Assembly: GCA_947632185.1 (NCBI GenBank)
Contig: CANROH010000003.1
Span: 1-48,463 of the forward strand
Length of the DNA: 48,463 nt
Direction: 5' to 3'
Source of the DNA: an uncultured Clostridia bacterium
GTDB taxonomy: Bacteria; Bacillota; Clostridia; TANB77; CAG-508
The first letter of the stretch is position 1; every line of letters starts with the position of its first letter. The position numbers and the translations under genes were made by a program. Positions 28,952-38,813 of the stretch are shown here, in pieces. A model generated the notes under the pieces. That model saw only the letters and a list, made by a program, of their open reading frames with translations, had not been told where the DNA came from and did not search any database.

Positions 28952-29631
28952 TGTTTGCTATAATAAAAAAAGAATTAAAAAGTTATCTATTATCTCCAGT
29001 TGGATATGTTTTTATAGGTTTATTTTTATTAATCTTTAGCATATTCTTTTATATAAATATTTATCAATATCAGTCTGTAAATTTTGAAAATTTATTTTAC
29101 AATGGCTCTACAATATTAACTTTTATAGTTCCTGTTTTAACAATGAGAATGTTTTCTGAAGAAAGGAAAACTGGAACTGAACAATTGCTAATAACTTCAC
29201 CAAGAAGCATTACTGCGATTGTATTAGGAAAATTTTTTGCAGCAGCTATTGTAATGGCAATAACTGAATTATTTACTTTAATGTATTTTGCAATATTAAG
29301 TTATTTCGGAAAACCATCTATTATGGTTGCAATTACTACTTTAATAGGATTTTTCCTATTAAGTTTGGCATATATTGCTTTTGGAATGTTTGCATCAAGT
29401 ATAACAGAAAATCAAATTGTAGCTTCTGTATTAACTATTGGTGTATTTATGGCAATGTGGTTCTTGCCTTATATTAATGAAATCTTTGGTTTATTTTCAC
29501 TAATTGACAAATTTGAAAATTTCTCATATGGAATAATTTCTATTTCAGAAATTATAACTTTTGTATCTTTCACTTTAATGTTTATATTGTTTACGATTAT
29601 TGTTTTACAAAGAAGAAAGAGCATAAAATAG
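28951..29631 (+). CDS. ABC transporter permease (GldF-like)
   Basis: KKELKSYLLSP, TMRMFSEERKTGTEQLLITSP, FASSITENQIVA. Confidence 0.88.
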   Translation: MFAIIKKELKSYLLSPVGYVFIGLFLLIFSIFFYINIYQYQSVNFENLFYNGSTILTFIVPVLTMRMFSEERKTGTEQLLITSPRSITAIVLGKFFAAAIVMAITELFTLMYFAILSYFGKPSIMVAITTLIGFFLLSLAYIAFGMFASSITENQIVASVLTIGVFMAMWFLPYINEIFGLFSLIDKFENFSYGIISISEIITFVSFTLMFILFTIIVLQRRKSIK

Positions 29632-29643
29632 GGAGGAGTAAAA

Positions 29644-31182
29644 ATGTTTAAAAAATCAAAAAAAGAGAATGAGTCTAAAGAAAATGAAGTGAAAAAAGAC
29701 AAGGTAAAATTTAAAGAAAAGATATCATTAAGGTTTAGAAGAAGTTATTTAGTAGATGGAACGAGAGTATTTTTAATTGCTATTATATTATTAATATTAT
29801 ATTCTGCTTTAAATTTATGGGCAAATAATGCTGATTTACCAGAAATAGATATGACAGAAAATAAATTATACACTTTAACAGATACGTCAAAAAAAGCGGT
29901 AGAACAAATAAATCAAGACATAAAAATATATGTTTATGGTTTTGATGAAAAAAGTAATATAATAGATTTATTAAAACAATATAATGAAGCAAATAATAAA
30001 ATTACTTTTGAAATGTTAGATGAAGAGAAAAATTATGCAATGGTTCAAGAATATAATCTTGAATCAGGCTATTATGTACTAATTATGAAATCAGGTGATT
30101 CTGAAAAAATTGTTGATTCATCTTCATTTACAACTTATGACTATACAACATATCAATCTGTGGATGTTGCTGAACAAACTATAACAAACTCATTATTAGC
30201 TTTAAATGAAGAAAATAAGCCTAAAATTTACTTTACTCAAACACACGGCGAATATGGAGAAGATGAAATAGCTATTTTATTATCATATTTAAAAAATGAG
30301 GCATTTGATGTTTCATTTATAAATCTAGCAACAGCTGGTAAAGTGCCAGATGATTGTGATGTATTAGCCATAATCTCACCAACAATAGATTTATTTGATG
30401 TCGAGGTACAATCAATAAAAGATTATATTAATAAAGGAGGAGAACTATATTTTTCATTTGATGTAGTATCTCAAGATACATTCTTCCCTAACATACAATC
30501 TATTTTAGACTTATATGGTGTTTCAGTGAAAAAAGGTTATATATTAGAATATGAAAATGGTAGTGCATTATCAAGCAGTCCTTATATATTTGTTCCTCAA
30601 GTTTCTAGTACAAATAAAATAACACGCGATATTTATACAGATAGTGTAATGTGGTTAGTATATGCTAGTAAGCTAGAATTTAAATCTGATGATGAATTAC
30701 AAAATCTAAATGTTGAAAAAGAGATATTGTTAAATTCTTCAGATGAAGCTATATATGTTACTGATCTATCATCTGATTTAACTACAGCTGCTAAAAGTGC
30801 AGAAGTAGGAAAAGCTGATATTGCAGCTATTCTTACAAAAACATTGCCTACTAATGAAGGCTCAGAAGAAGAGAATGTTGATACAGATTCTAAATTAATA
30901 ATTGCATCAACTTCAAGATTTATATATGATTATTCTGTACCAGCTTTAAGTGCAAACCAACCATTATCTAATATTAAAAGCAACAAAGATTTTGTTATAA
31001 ATTCAATGGCATTTTTGGGAAATAAAAATAATATTTTAACAATAAGAAAAGATTATGCTAGTGCAACATATTTACCAACTCAAACAGAAAATATAGTTGT
31101 TATAGCTATAATAATACTTATTCCATTATTTATAATAGTATTTGGAATAATGATTTGGGCTTATAGGCAAAGAAGAAAATAA
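29644..31182 (+). CDS. ABC transporter auxiliary component (GldG-like)
   Basis: DMTENKLYTLT, KIYFTQTHGE, N- and C-terminal TM helices; third gene of the operon. Confidence 0.82.
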   Translation: MFKKSKKENESKENEVKKDKVKFKEKISLRFRRSYLVDGTRVFLIAIILLILYSALNLWANNADLPEIDMTENKLYTLTDTSKKAVEQINQDIKIYVYGFDEKSNIIDLLKQYNEANNKITFEMLDEEKNYAMVQEYNLESGYYVLIMKSGDSEKIVDSSSFTTYDYTTYQSVDVAEQTITNSLLALNEENKPKIYFTQTHGEYGEDEIAILLSYLKNEAFDVSFINLATAGKVPDDCDVLAIISPTIDLFDVEVQSIKDYINKGGELYFSFDVVSQDTFFPNIQSILDLYGVSVKKGYILEYENGSALSSSPYIFVPQVSSTNKITRDIYTDSVMWLVYASKLEFKSDDELQNLNVEKEILLNSSDEAIYVTDLSSDLTTAAKSAEVGKADIAAILTKTLPTNEGSEEENVDTDSKLIIASTSRFIYDYSVPALSANQPLSNIKSNKDFVINSMAFLGNKNNILTIRKDYASATYLPTQTENIVVIAIIILIPLFIIVFGIMIWAYRQRRK

Positions 31183-31204
31183 TAATTTATAAATATAATA
31201 CTTT

Positions 31205-31242
31205 AAAAAAGATAGATACATTTTATGTGTCTATCTTTTTTT
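31205..31242 (+). terminator. Intrinsic terminator after ABC operon
   Basis: AAAAAAGATAGATACAT-ttt-ATGTGTCTATCTTTTTT hairpin. Confidence 0.8.
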
Positions 31243-31270
31243 ATTTGAATTTTCTTATTTAAAATAATTT

Positions 31271-31299
31271 AACCTTAGTATACATAATTTCATAAAATA
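31271..31299 (+). promoter_or_regulatory. Putative sigma-K (mother-cell) promoter of dpaB
   Basis: AACC-16nt-CATAAAATA fits the mACm-N16-CATAnnnTA consensus. spoVF is sigma-K controlled in B. subtilis. Confidence 0.4.
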
Positions 31300-31357
31300 T
31301 AAAAGGACATACAAGTATATGTATTTTTATAATTATTTTAGGAAAGGAGGTAAAAAT

Positions 31358-31940
31358 ATGAAATTAGAAGGGAAAAAAATTGGTTTTGCTTTTACTGGTT
31401 CTTTTTGTACTTTTAGAAAAACAATAGATGAATTAAAAAAATTAGTAGAAATAAAGAATATAGAGGTTATTCCAATAATGAGTTTTAATAGTTATAATCT
31501 TGATACAAAATTTGGAAACGCAAAGGATTTTATTAAAGAAATAGAAGAAATAACTCAAAATACTGTAATTAATACAATATGTATGGCAGAACCTGTTGGC
31601 CCTAAGAAAATGTTTGATATTTTAATAGTTGCGCCTTGCTCTGGAAATACTATTTCAAAGCTTGCCAATGATATTATAGATACTCCTGTTACAATGGCAG
31701 TAAAATCACATTTAAGGAATGACAGACCTGTAGTAATTGCAATATCCACAAATAATGCTTTGTCAGGAGCCGCTGAAAATATACGGAAAATTACTTAATA
31801 GAAAAAACTATTATTTTGTACCTTTTAAACAAGATAATCCAATAACAAAACCAAATTCAGTTGTTTTTGATCCAACATATATTATAAGAACATTGGAATA
31901 TGCTTTAGATAAAGAACAAATTCAGCCAATTATGTTATGA
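31358..31940 (+). CDS. spoVFB: Dipicolinate synthase subunit B, split by a +1 frameshift at CGG 31784
   Basis: GFAFTGSFCT, AEPVGP, APCSGNT, KSHLRN in frame 0. After skipping C31784 it reads GKLLNRKNYYFVPFKQDNPITKPNS...QIQPIML. Joined length 193 aa. Confidence 0.9.
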
Positions 31941-31949
31941 ATATAAATT

Positions 31950-31977
31950 AAGGGGAAAAAATAGTTTTTCCCCTTTT
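31950..31977 (+). terminator. Intrinsic terminator after dpaB
   Basis: AAGGGGAAAAA-atag-TTTTTCCCCTT hairpin just after the +1-frame stop at 31940. Confidence 0.8.
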
Positions 31978-32056
31978 AAATAATATTTGATGTTTTAAAT
32001 GGCTTATGATATAATACTTCTGTTTATTAAAAGATAAAATATTTAAGGAGAAAATT

Positions 32057-32782
32057 ATGTTTGTAGAAAGTAAATTTTATGTAGGTTTGAGTGATATAAA
32101 TCCATTAAATGAATTAACAAATACATTTTTATTAAGATTTATGGAAGATGTAGCTGGAATGCATTCAGAAATAGCTGGATATGGGATTACTGATATGGAT
32201 AAAACAAGAAAATCTTGGATTTTATTATCTTGGAAAGTGCAGGTTAAAAAAAGACCATTAGTAGGTGATTCATTAAACGTAAAAACTTGGTCATGGAAAA
32301 TTAATGAATTTTATGCATTTCGTGATTTTGAAGTTAAAAATCAATATAATGAGATAGTTGCAGTAGCAAGTTCTAAATGGGTATTTATAGATATTGATAA
32401 AGGAAAACTTATAAAAGTTAGTGATGAAATATCTGCAAAATATGAATTAGAACCAAATACAAAAGTTTTTGAAGAATGTGATTTACAAAAATTGAAAGAA
32501 CCAAAAGATTATATAAATAAAATTGATTTTAAAATAACTAGAAATTTAATAGATGTAAATAAACATCTTCACAATATATATTATTTAGATATAGCAAAGG
32601 AAGTATTACCGGAAGAAATTGCTTTTTCTAATGAATTAAATAATTTTGAGGTTATGTATAAAAAAGAAATTAAACTTGGAGAAGTTGTTAAAGTAATATA
32701 TTCTAAAGAAAATGATTATAATTATGTAACAATAAAAAATGAAGATGAAACAATTATACATGCTATTATAAGATTAAAATAA
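32057..32782 (+). CDS. Acyl-ACP thioesterase
   Basis: FMEDVAGMHS, WILLSW, IDVNKHLHNIYY, YKKEIKLGE double hotdog pattern. Confidence 0.85.
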   Translation: MFVESKFYVGLSDINPLNELTNTFLLRFMEDVAGMHSEIAGYGITDMDKTRKSWILLSWKVQVKKRPLVGDSLNVKTWSWKINEFYAFRDFEVKNQYNEIVAVASSKWVFIDIDKGKLIKVSDEISAKYELEPNTKVFEECDLQKLKEPKDYINKIDFKITRNLIDVNKHLHNIYYLDIAKEVLPEEIAFSNELNNFEVMYKKEIKLGEVVKVIYSKENDYNYVTIKNEDETIIHAIIRLK

Positions 32783-32832
32783 CTAAAAGTCATTATAATG
32801 TATAATTTATTAATAAACAAAAGAGAGGATAT

Positions 32833-33519
32833 ATGAAATTTAAAAAAGATAAAATAAAAAAATTTATTAAGAAAAATGTCGAATGGATTATTGTATTTTT
32901 GTGTATGATATATTTTCTTCAAATAACAGAGAATGTATTTCAAAAAGATATTATGATAAAAGATATTATTGGATATAAAATAATTTCAAAATTTATGTCT
33001 AATTATATTACTCCAATTGCAAAGTTTATTACTCAATTTGGAAGTGCAATTGTTTTATTTTCTATAGCAACAGCATTATTTATTATTATAAAAAATAAAA
33101 AAATTGGATTATGTATATATTTAAATTTAGGTATTGTAGGAATATTAAATCACATTTTAAAGAATATAGTTCAAAGGCCTAGACCAACAGAATGTAGATT
33201 AATAGACGAATCTGGATACAGCTTTCCATCAGGACATTCTATGGCAAGTGCAGCATTTTATGGATTTTTAATATATTTATTATATAAAAAAGTAAAGAAT
33301 AAAAAATTAAGAAATACTTTGATAGTATTATTGTTTTTATTAATATTTTTAATAGGAATAAGTAGAATTTATCTTGGAGTTCATTATACAAGTGATGTTT
33401 TAGCTGGATTTCTTGTCTCACTATCTTATTTGATGATTTATACAAATTTAGTTGATGAATTTATTGAAACAAATAATATTAGTAATCCTATTGATTCTAA
33501 TGAAAATAAAAATCAATAA
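32833..33519 (+). CDS. PAP2 family membrane phosphatase
   Basis: KNIVQRPRP, SFPSGHS, SRIYLGVHYTSDV. Confidence 0.92.
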   Translation: MKFKKDKIKKFIKKNVEWIIVFLCMIYFLQITENVFQKDIMIKDIIGYKIISKFMSNYITPIAKFITQFGSAIVLFSIATALFIIIKNKKIGLCIYLNLGIVGILNHILKNIVQRPRPTECRLIDESGYSFPSGHSMASAAFYGFLIYLLYKKVKNKKLRNTLIVLLFLLIFLIGISRIYLGVHYTSDVLAGFLVSLSYLMIYTNLVDEFIETNNISNPIDSNENKNQ

Positions 33520-33521
33520 TA

Positions 33522-33593
33522 CAAACATTTTTTTGTATGAATGTTGACATCTAATATATTACATGATAAAATCTATTTACAAACTTATGTTTG
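33522..33593 (+). promoter_or_regulatory. dinB sigma-A promoter flanked by LexA-like boxes
   Basis: TTGACA (33544-49), 17 nt, TG-n-TAAAAT (33564-72). CAAAC-TTAT-GTTTG at 33580-33593 and CAAAC-ATTT-TTTTG at 33522-33535. Confidence 0.65.
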
Positions 33594-33619
33594 GTACCAT
33601 GGATTTAAGGAGAATTATA

Positions 33620-34840
33620 TTGGAAAGACAGATTTTACATGTAGATGTTAATAATGCTTTTTTATCATGGACAGCTGTTTATATGCTAAAACAAGGTTAT
33701 CCTATTGATATTAGAACTATTCCATCAATCATAGGTGGAGACGAGGAACGACGTTCTGGAGTCGTTTTAGCCAAAAGTCCAGTAGCTAAAAAGTTTGGTA
33801 TAGTCACTGGTGAACCAATATATTTTGCAAGAAAAAAGTGTAATAAACTAGAAGTATTTCCAGTAAATTTTGAATTATTTAATAAATATTCAAATGATTT
33901 ATATAAAATCTTTCTTGATTATACAGATAAAATAGAACGTTTTAGTATAGATGAGTGTTTCTTAGATTTAACTCATTTTTTATCAGGAAAAAAACTAATA
34001 GATATTGCATATGAAATAAATCATCGTACTGAAAAAGAGTTAGGCTTTACTGTAAATGTTGGAGTGTCTAGTAATAAACTTCTTGCAAAAATGGCATCAG
34101 ATTTTGAAAAACCAAATAAAGTTCATACTTTATATGAATATGAAATTGAAGATAAAATGTGGCCATTACCTGTATCAGATTTATTTATGATAGGAAGAAA
34201 AACAGTTCCAAAGCTTTATAACTTAGGAATAAAAACAATAGGTGATTTAGCTAAAACTGATAAAAATTTTCTAATGAATAAATTTGGAAAATATGGATTA
34301 ATGATGTGGAATTATGCAAATGGTATTGATGAATCTGAAGTAATCGAAAAACAAGAAGACCCTAAAAGTATTGGTAATTCTGTAACTCTGCCACATGATG
34401 TTACATCTATAGAAGAAATAGAAAAAATAATAGTTGCATTGTGCGAACAAGTTGCTTTTAGATTAAGAAAGTGTAATCTTCTTGCAAATACTGTAAATGT
34501 ACAATTAAGAACAAAAGATTTCAAGGATTATTCTCATCAAAAGCAATTAAGATGTGCAACATCTTCTACAAAAGAAATTTTAGAAAATGCAAAACAAATT
34601 TGCGTAGAAATGTATAAAAAAGAACCAATAAGGCTTGTAGGTGTTAGAGTAGATAATTTAGAAAATAGAGAAGAAACTCAACTATCGTTTTTCTCTCAAA
34701 TATCAGATGAGAAGCAAGAAAAAATAGATGGAGTTATGGACAAGTTGAAAAATAAATATGGCTATAATTCTATTACAAGAGCGGGAAAATTGGATGTACA
34801 AGGTATTGTAAAAGATAAAGAGAAGAAAATAAAAAAATAA
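33620..34840 (+). CDS. dinB: DNA polymerase IV
   Basis: ILHVDVNNAF, FSIDECFLD, NKLLAKMASDFEKP, IRLVGV; probable TTG start after AAGGAG. Confidence 0.93.
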   Translation: MERQILHVDVNNAFLSWTAVYMLKQGYPIDIRTIPSIIGGDEERRSGVVLAKSPVAKKFGIVTGEPIYFARKKCNKLEVFPVNFELFNKYSNDLYKIFLDYTDKIERFSIDECFLDLTHFLSGKKLIDIAYEINHRTEKELGFTVNVGVSSNKLLAKMASDFEKPNKVHTLYEYEIEDKMWPLPVSDLFMIGRKTVPKLYNLGIKTIGDLAKTDKNFLMNKFGKYGLMMWNYANGIDESEVIEKQEDPKSIGNSVTLPHDVTSIEEIEKIIVALCEQVAFRLRKCNLLANTVNVQLRTKDFKDYSHQKQLRCATSSTKEILENAKQICVEMYKKEPIRLVGVRVDNLENREETQLSFFSQISDEKQEKIDGVMDKLKNKYGYNSITRAGKLDVQGIVKDKEKKIKK

Positions 34841-34953
34841 CTTTGCACAAAATTTTTAAAACTTATTGTAAAAGTTATGTCTTAAATATATAATTTAAAT
34901 ATATTTTATATATATTTTATATATTTAAGATTAAAAGGAGAATGAATTAAAAT

Positions 34954-35961
34954 ATGATTAAACCAGAAGAAAATCCAGAATTTTTAAATGACTTTCTTGC
35001 ATATAGTTCAACAATTTTAAATAAATCTGAAAATACTGTTAAAGAGTATAATTATGATATAGCACATTTTCTAAAATATATAAAATTTAAATTCAAATTA
35101 ACTGATGTTGATGATGAAGAATTTATAAAAACAATAGAAATAAATGATTTTGACTTAGAAACCTTAAAAAAAATAACTATACAAGATATACATTCATTTC
35201 TTGGCTATTTAAAAACATGTTATTCTAGTAAACCAGCAACACTTGCTAGAAAAACAGCTAGTATTAGAGTATTTTTTAAATATATGTGCAATAAAACAAA
35301 AAGAATTTCTGTAAATCCTGCACAAGATTTAGAAAGTCCTAAAATCGGAAAAAGGTTGCCTAAATATTTAACTTTAGATCAAAGTAAAGAATTATTAAAA
35401 ACTGTTGCAAATACAGAAAATAATGCAGGCCATGGTAATCATGATAATTCTGAAAGAAATTTTGCTATGATAACAATTCTTTTAAATTGTGGTGTTAGAT
35501 TATCTGAATTAGTAGGAATGAATATTAGCGATATAGATTTCGAAAACAATAAGTTAAATGTAATAGGCAAAGGCAACAAAGAAAGAACAATATATCTAAA
35601 TAAAGCTTGCATAAATGCAATTAACGAATATTTAGCAGTTAGACCTAGAGATGGAGTTAAATTTGATTCTAGAGATGCATTATTTTTGAGTGAGCAAAAA
35701 AAGCGTATTAGTAGAAGAACTGTTCAATATGTAGTTAAAGAGGAATTGAAACTTACAGGAATAGAAAAATCAGATAAATATTCAGTACATAAATTAAGAC
35801 ATACAGCTGCTACACTTATGTACAAGTATGGAAATGTTGATATAAGAGCTTTGCAAGAGCTTTTGGGACATGAGAGTATTTCTACTACTGAAATTTATAC
35901 ACATGTTGATAGTGAACAAATAAGAAATGCAGTAGAAAACAATCCACTTGCTAATTTATAA
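34954..35961 (+). CDS. xerC: XerC-like tyrosine recombinase
   Basis: CGVRLSEL, GKGNKER, SVHKLRHTAATL, LGHESISTTEIYTH; housekeeping clostridial type, no flanking mobile genes. Confidence 0.75.
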   Translation: MIKPEENPEFLNDFLAYSSTILNKSENTVKEYNYDIAHFLKYIKFKFKLTDVDDEEFIKTIEINDFDLETLKKITIQDIHSFLGYLKTCYSSKPATLARKTASIRVFFKYMCNKTKRISVNPAQDLESPKIGKRLPKYLTLDQSKELLKTVANTENNAGHGNHDNSERNFAMITILLNCGVRLSELVGMNISDIDFENNKLNVIGKGNKERTIYLNKACINAINEYLAVRPRDGVKFDSRDALFLSEQKKRISRRTVQYVVKEELKLTGIEKSDKYSVHKLRHTAATLMYKYGNVDIRALQELLGHESISTTEIYTHVDSEQIRNAVENNPLANL

Positions 35962-35976
35962 TAGAAAGGAAAATAT

Positions 35977-36993
35977 ATGGAAGTAAATTATAGATTAAAA
36001 TATAATTTTGGACAATATCAAAATCAAATAACAAAAATATTTCAAAATTTAATTAACAAAAGTATTCAATTTTTTGGTCAGCAAATTGCAAATGGAAAAA
36101 TATTAAGAAATAACTCAAATTATAATGATCCGCAATATTATAATGATCCACAATTAAGAAAAGAGTTAATTAAACTTGAATCTTTTGTAAGTAATATAGA
36201 GGAATATTTATATTATTACTATTTAAACAATTTAGATGCTTTTCCAAATATTTTAAATGCAGTATCTGAAGTAAAAGCAATTTCGGTTTTAGATGACTCT
36301 GATAAAGGAATATATGGAATTACTCATCCAACAGGAGTTATTCAGATAAATCCTAATCTTAGTGGTAATGGTATCTTAACGCCTGATGAAAGAACAAGAT
36401 TGTATGTAGCACATGAGCTTGGACATATGGTAAATAGAACATGGATGGATTCTGTTACAAAATTTTTATCAACAGATAAAAGATTATCTCCTAATGATAA
36501 AACTATGTTTTATGAAGGATTTTCTCTTATTGATGAAGCAACGACTCAAGATCGTGCAGAAAATATAGCATATTATTATGCCCATAAACAAAGAAATTGT
36601 CTAAGAAATTATTCAGATCCATCAGGAATGTATGGTGGTGATACATATAGAACAAATTTTGATTTCTATGGAGAATTAGAACCACCTGTTATTGCTTTTG
36701 GTAGAACATTAAGAGGAATAGGTTCTATTGAAAATGATGAAAGAGTAATGAATGTGTTAGGTAATAGAGCATTAAAACCTAATTTCGCAGATAATATTAT
36801 ATATGAATATAGAAGAGATGGGCAAATTGACAATTTATATGCTCAAATGCAATATATGGGAATGTTAAAAAAAGCATCATATGCACGATTTGGATATGAT
36901 GATGTTATATATTTAAAAAATTCAAAACGAGTTTTTGATACGTTAAATTTTATATCTAAAAAATTAAGAGATTATAGGGAGCCTTTTGAATAA
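35977..36993 (+). CDS. Hypothetical HExxH zinc metallopeptidase-like protein
   Basis: IQINPN...RTRLYVAHELGH with a downstream DEATTQ third-ligand candidate; no signal peptide. Confidence 0.6.
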   Translation: MEVNYRLKYNFGQYQNQITKIFQNLINKSIQFFGQQIANGKILRNNSNYNDPQYYNDPQLRKELIKLESFVSNIEEYLYYYYLNNLDAFPNILNAVSEVKAISVLDDSDKGIYGITHPTGVIQINPNLSGNGILTPDERTRLYVAHELGHMVNRTWMDSVTKFLSTDKRLSPNDKTMFYEGFSLIDEATTQDRAENIAYYYAHKQRNCLRNYSDPSGMYGGDTYRTNFDFYGELEPPVIAFGRTLRGIGSIENDERVMNVLGNRALKPNFADNIIYEYRRDGQIDNLYAQMQYMGMLKKASYARFGYDDVIYLKNSKRVFDTLNFISKKLRDYREPFE

Positions 36994-37058
36994 TTTTAAA
37001 ATTTAAATAATTTATATGGTGTATATAGTTTATATGAAATAATAATTGGGAGAAAAAT

Positions 37059-38633
37059 ATGATACAAAAATTTTTTGAAAATGTAAAAAATGAATGGAAA
37101 TTTAATCTCCTTCATTTTGGTTTAATGATAATTGTATTGTTAATTGCTACAACTTCATTTTATAACGGCGATTACACTCTTAGGCTACCTCCAAAAAATA
37201 TATTTGCAAATATTACTTATATAGTTACTATATTAATGACAATAATTTTTTACATAATAATAAAATTATTTGAAAAAAAGAATATTAAATTAGAAAAACT
37301 ATATTTAACATTAATTATCCCTTTAGGAATAATGTATGTAATAGCAAACCCTTTAGGAAAAATTCCAGACGAAGTTCAACATGCAAGAAAATCCATGTTG
37401 ATTTCAAGAGGTGTTTTCTTTGCACATACAAATGATGAAGGAGTACCTGTAGATACTTTTAATACGAAACTTCATGAACTTGTAACAGGCACAAATTCAA
37501 ATTATGAAGATTATTTTTATATGGTAAATATACCAGAAGATGGAAAGACTATTGAATTAACATATTCCATGGCTACTTATGCTCCAATATGTCACTTACC
37601 ACAAGCAATAGGAATGTTTATAACAAGAATATTTGGTGGAAATATAGTAGTTCAATGTTATGCTGCAAGAATAGTAAATATGCTAGTAGCAATATTTTTA
37701 ATGTATTATGCAATAAAATTAATACCTTTTAAAAAACAAATAGTATTCTTTTTAGGATTACTTCCTCTTACAATAAGTGAATTTGCTTCAATGTCTTCTG
37801 ATGCTCTAACAATAGCAAGTTGCATTTTATTTATATCATATATTTTATATTTAAAATATGATAAAAATAAAGTTAAAATCAATAAAAAAGATTATGCAAT
37901 ATTAGGAACTCTATCAGTTATAATTGCTTTATGTAAGATTGTTTATATACCACTTTGCTTATTGCTTTTCATTTTACCAAAAGAAAAATTTAAATCAAAA
38001 AAAGTTAAAAACATCGTGGTTTGGAGTATATTTATTTTAGCAGTGGCTATAAATTTACTATGGCTTCTTTATGCTGCTGGGACATTAACAGAAGTAAATC
38101 CAGGAGTAAATGCACCTTTACAAGTACAATATATACTTACACATCCAATAAGTTATTCTTTAATATTATTTAGAACAATACACATATATACTCAAACATT
38201 TTTATTAAGTTTATGTGGAGAAGGATTAGGAGATTATAATATACAATCAAGTCCTCTTTTTGTATTTTCTTGTTTAATAATATTTGCAATATTATTTTTG
38301 GTAAATGATGATAAAGATAGAGAAAATTTTAATCCCAAAACAAAACTATTTATATTATCTATTTTTATAGTGATTGTTGCATTAGTATATACTAGCTTAT
38401 ATGTTGCATGGACAGCTGTAGAAACACCAATAATCCTTGGTGTACAATCAAGATATTTTCTACCAGTAATATTATTAACTGCTATAGTTTTCGATAATAA
38501 AGAAATGATATTTAACTATAAATTTAAAAATAAATATCTTACATCTTTTATGTTGTTTTTTAATTTAAATACACTTTCATGTATAACATATACATATATA
38601 TTTGACTTTATAATTTCGTATTATATAAAATAA
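37059..38633 (+). CDS. DUF2142 family membrane protein (putative GT-C glycosyltransferase)
   Basis: PDEVQH, YAPICHLPQAIG, SSDAL, CKIVY, GVQSRYFLP; many TM helices. Confidence 0.8.
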   Translation: MIQKFFENVKNEWKFNLLHFGLMIIVLLIATTSFYNGDYTLRLPPKNIFANITYIVTILMTIIFYIIIKLFEKKNIKLEKLYLTLIIPLGIMYVIANPLGKIPDEVQHARKSMLISRGVFFAHTNDEGVPVDTFNTKLHELVTGTNSNYEDYFYMVNIPEDGKTIELTYSMATYAPICHLPQAIGMFITRIFGGNIVVQCYAARIVNMLVAIFLMYYAIKLIPFKKQIVFFLGLLPLTISEFASMSSDALTIASCILFISYILYLKYDKNKVKINKKDYAILGTLSVIIALCKIVYIPLCLLLFILPKEKFKSKKVKNIVVWSIFILAVAINLLWLLYAAGTLTEVNPGVNAPLQVQYILTHPISYSLILFRTIHIYTQTFLLSLCGEGLGDYNIQSSPLFVFSCLIIFAILFLVNDDKDRENFNPKTKLFILSIFIVIVALVYTSLYVAWTAVETPIILGVQSRYFLPVILLTAIVFDNKEMIFNYKFKNKYLTSFMLFFNLNTLSCITYTYIFDFIISYYIK

Positions 38634-38636
38634 TAG

Positions 38637-38679
38637 AAAAGCAAGAAATTATTATTTTTAAGTTGATTTCTTGCTTTTT
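38637..38679 (+). terminator. Intrinsic terminator after DUF2142 gene
   Basis: AAAAGCAAGAAAT ... ATTTCTTGCTTTT inverted repeat. Confidence 0.7.
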
Positions 38680-38813
38680 AAGATAAATTAAATAGATATG
38701 CATCACAAATTAAAAGACTAATAAACAATAATTGAAAATTAATATTTAATATATTATAATATAAAAAAATTAAATTTATTTTAAATTAAAATCTAATATT
38801 ACGAGGAGAAAAA

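Noticed and set aside
31737-31940. Separate 67-aa ORF MQYPQ...
   Set aside because: It is the +1-frame C-terminal part of dpaB. Homology starts only at GGA 31785 and it has no RBS.
32785-32815. dif-like ATAA-TGTATA sequence
   Set aside because: The right side lacks the TTATGT XerD arm. It is better explained as an AT-rich promoter region.
422-35961. Two tyrosine recombinases as integrases bounding a mobile element
   Set aside because: Both look like housekeeping XerD/XerC types. The DNA between them is core genes, with no att repeats, phage or conjugation genes.
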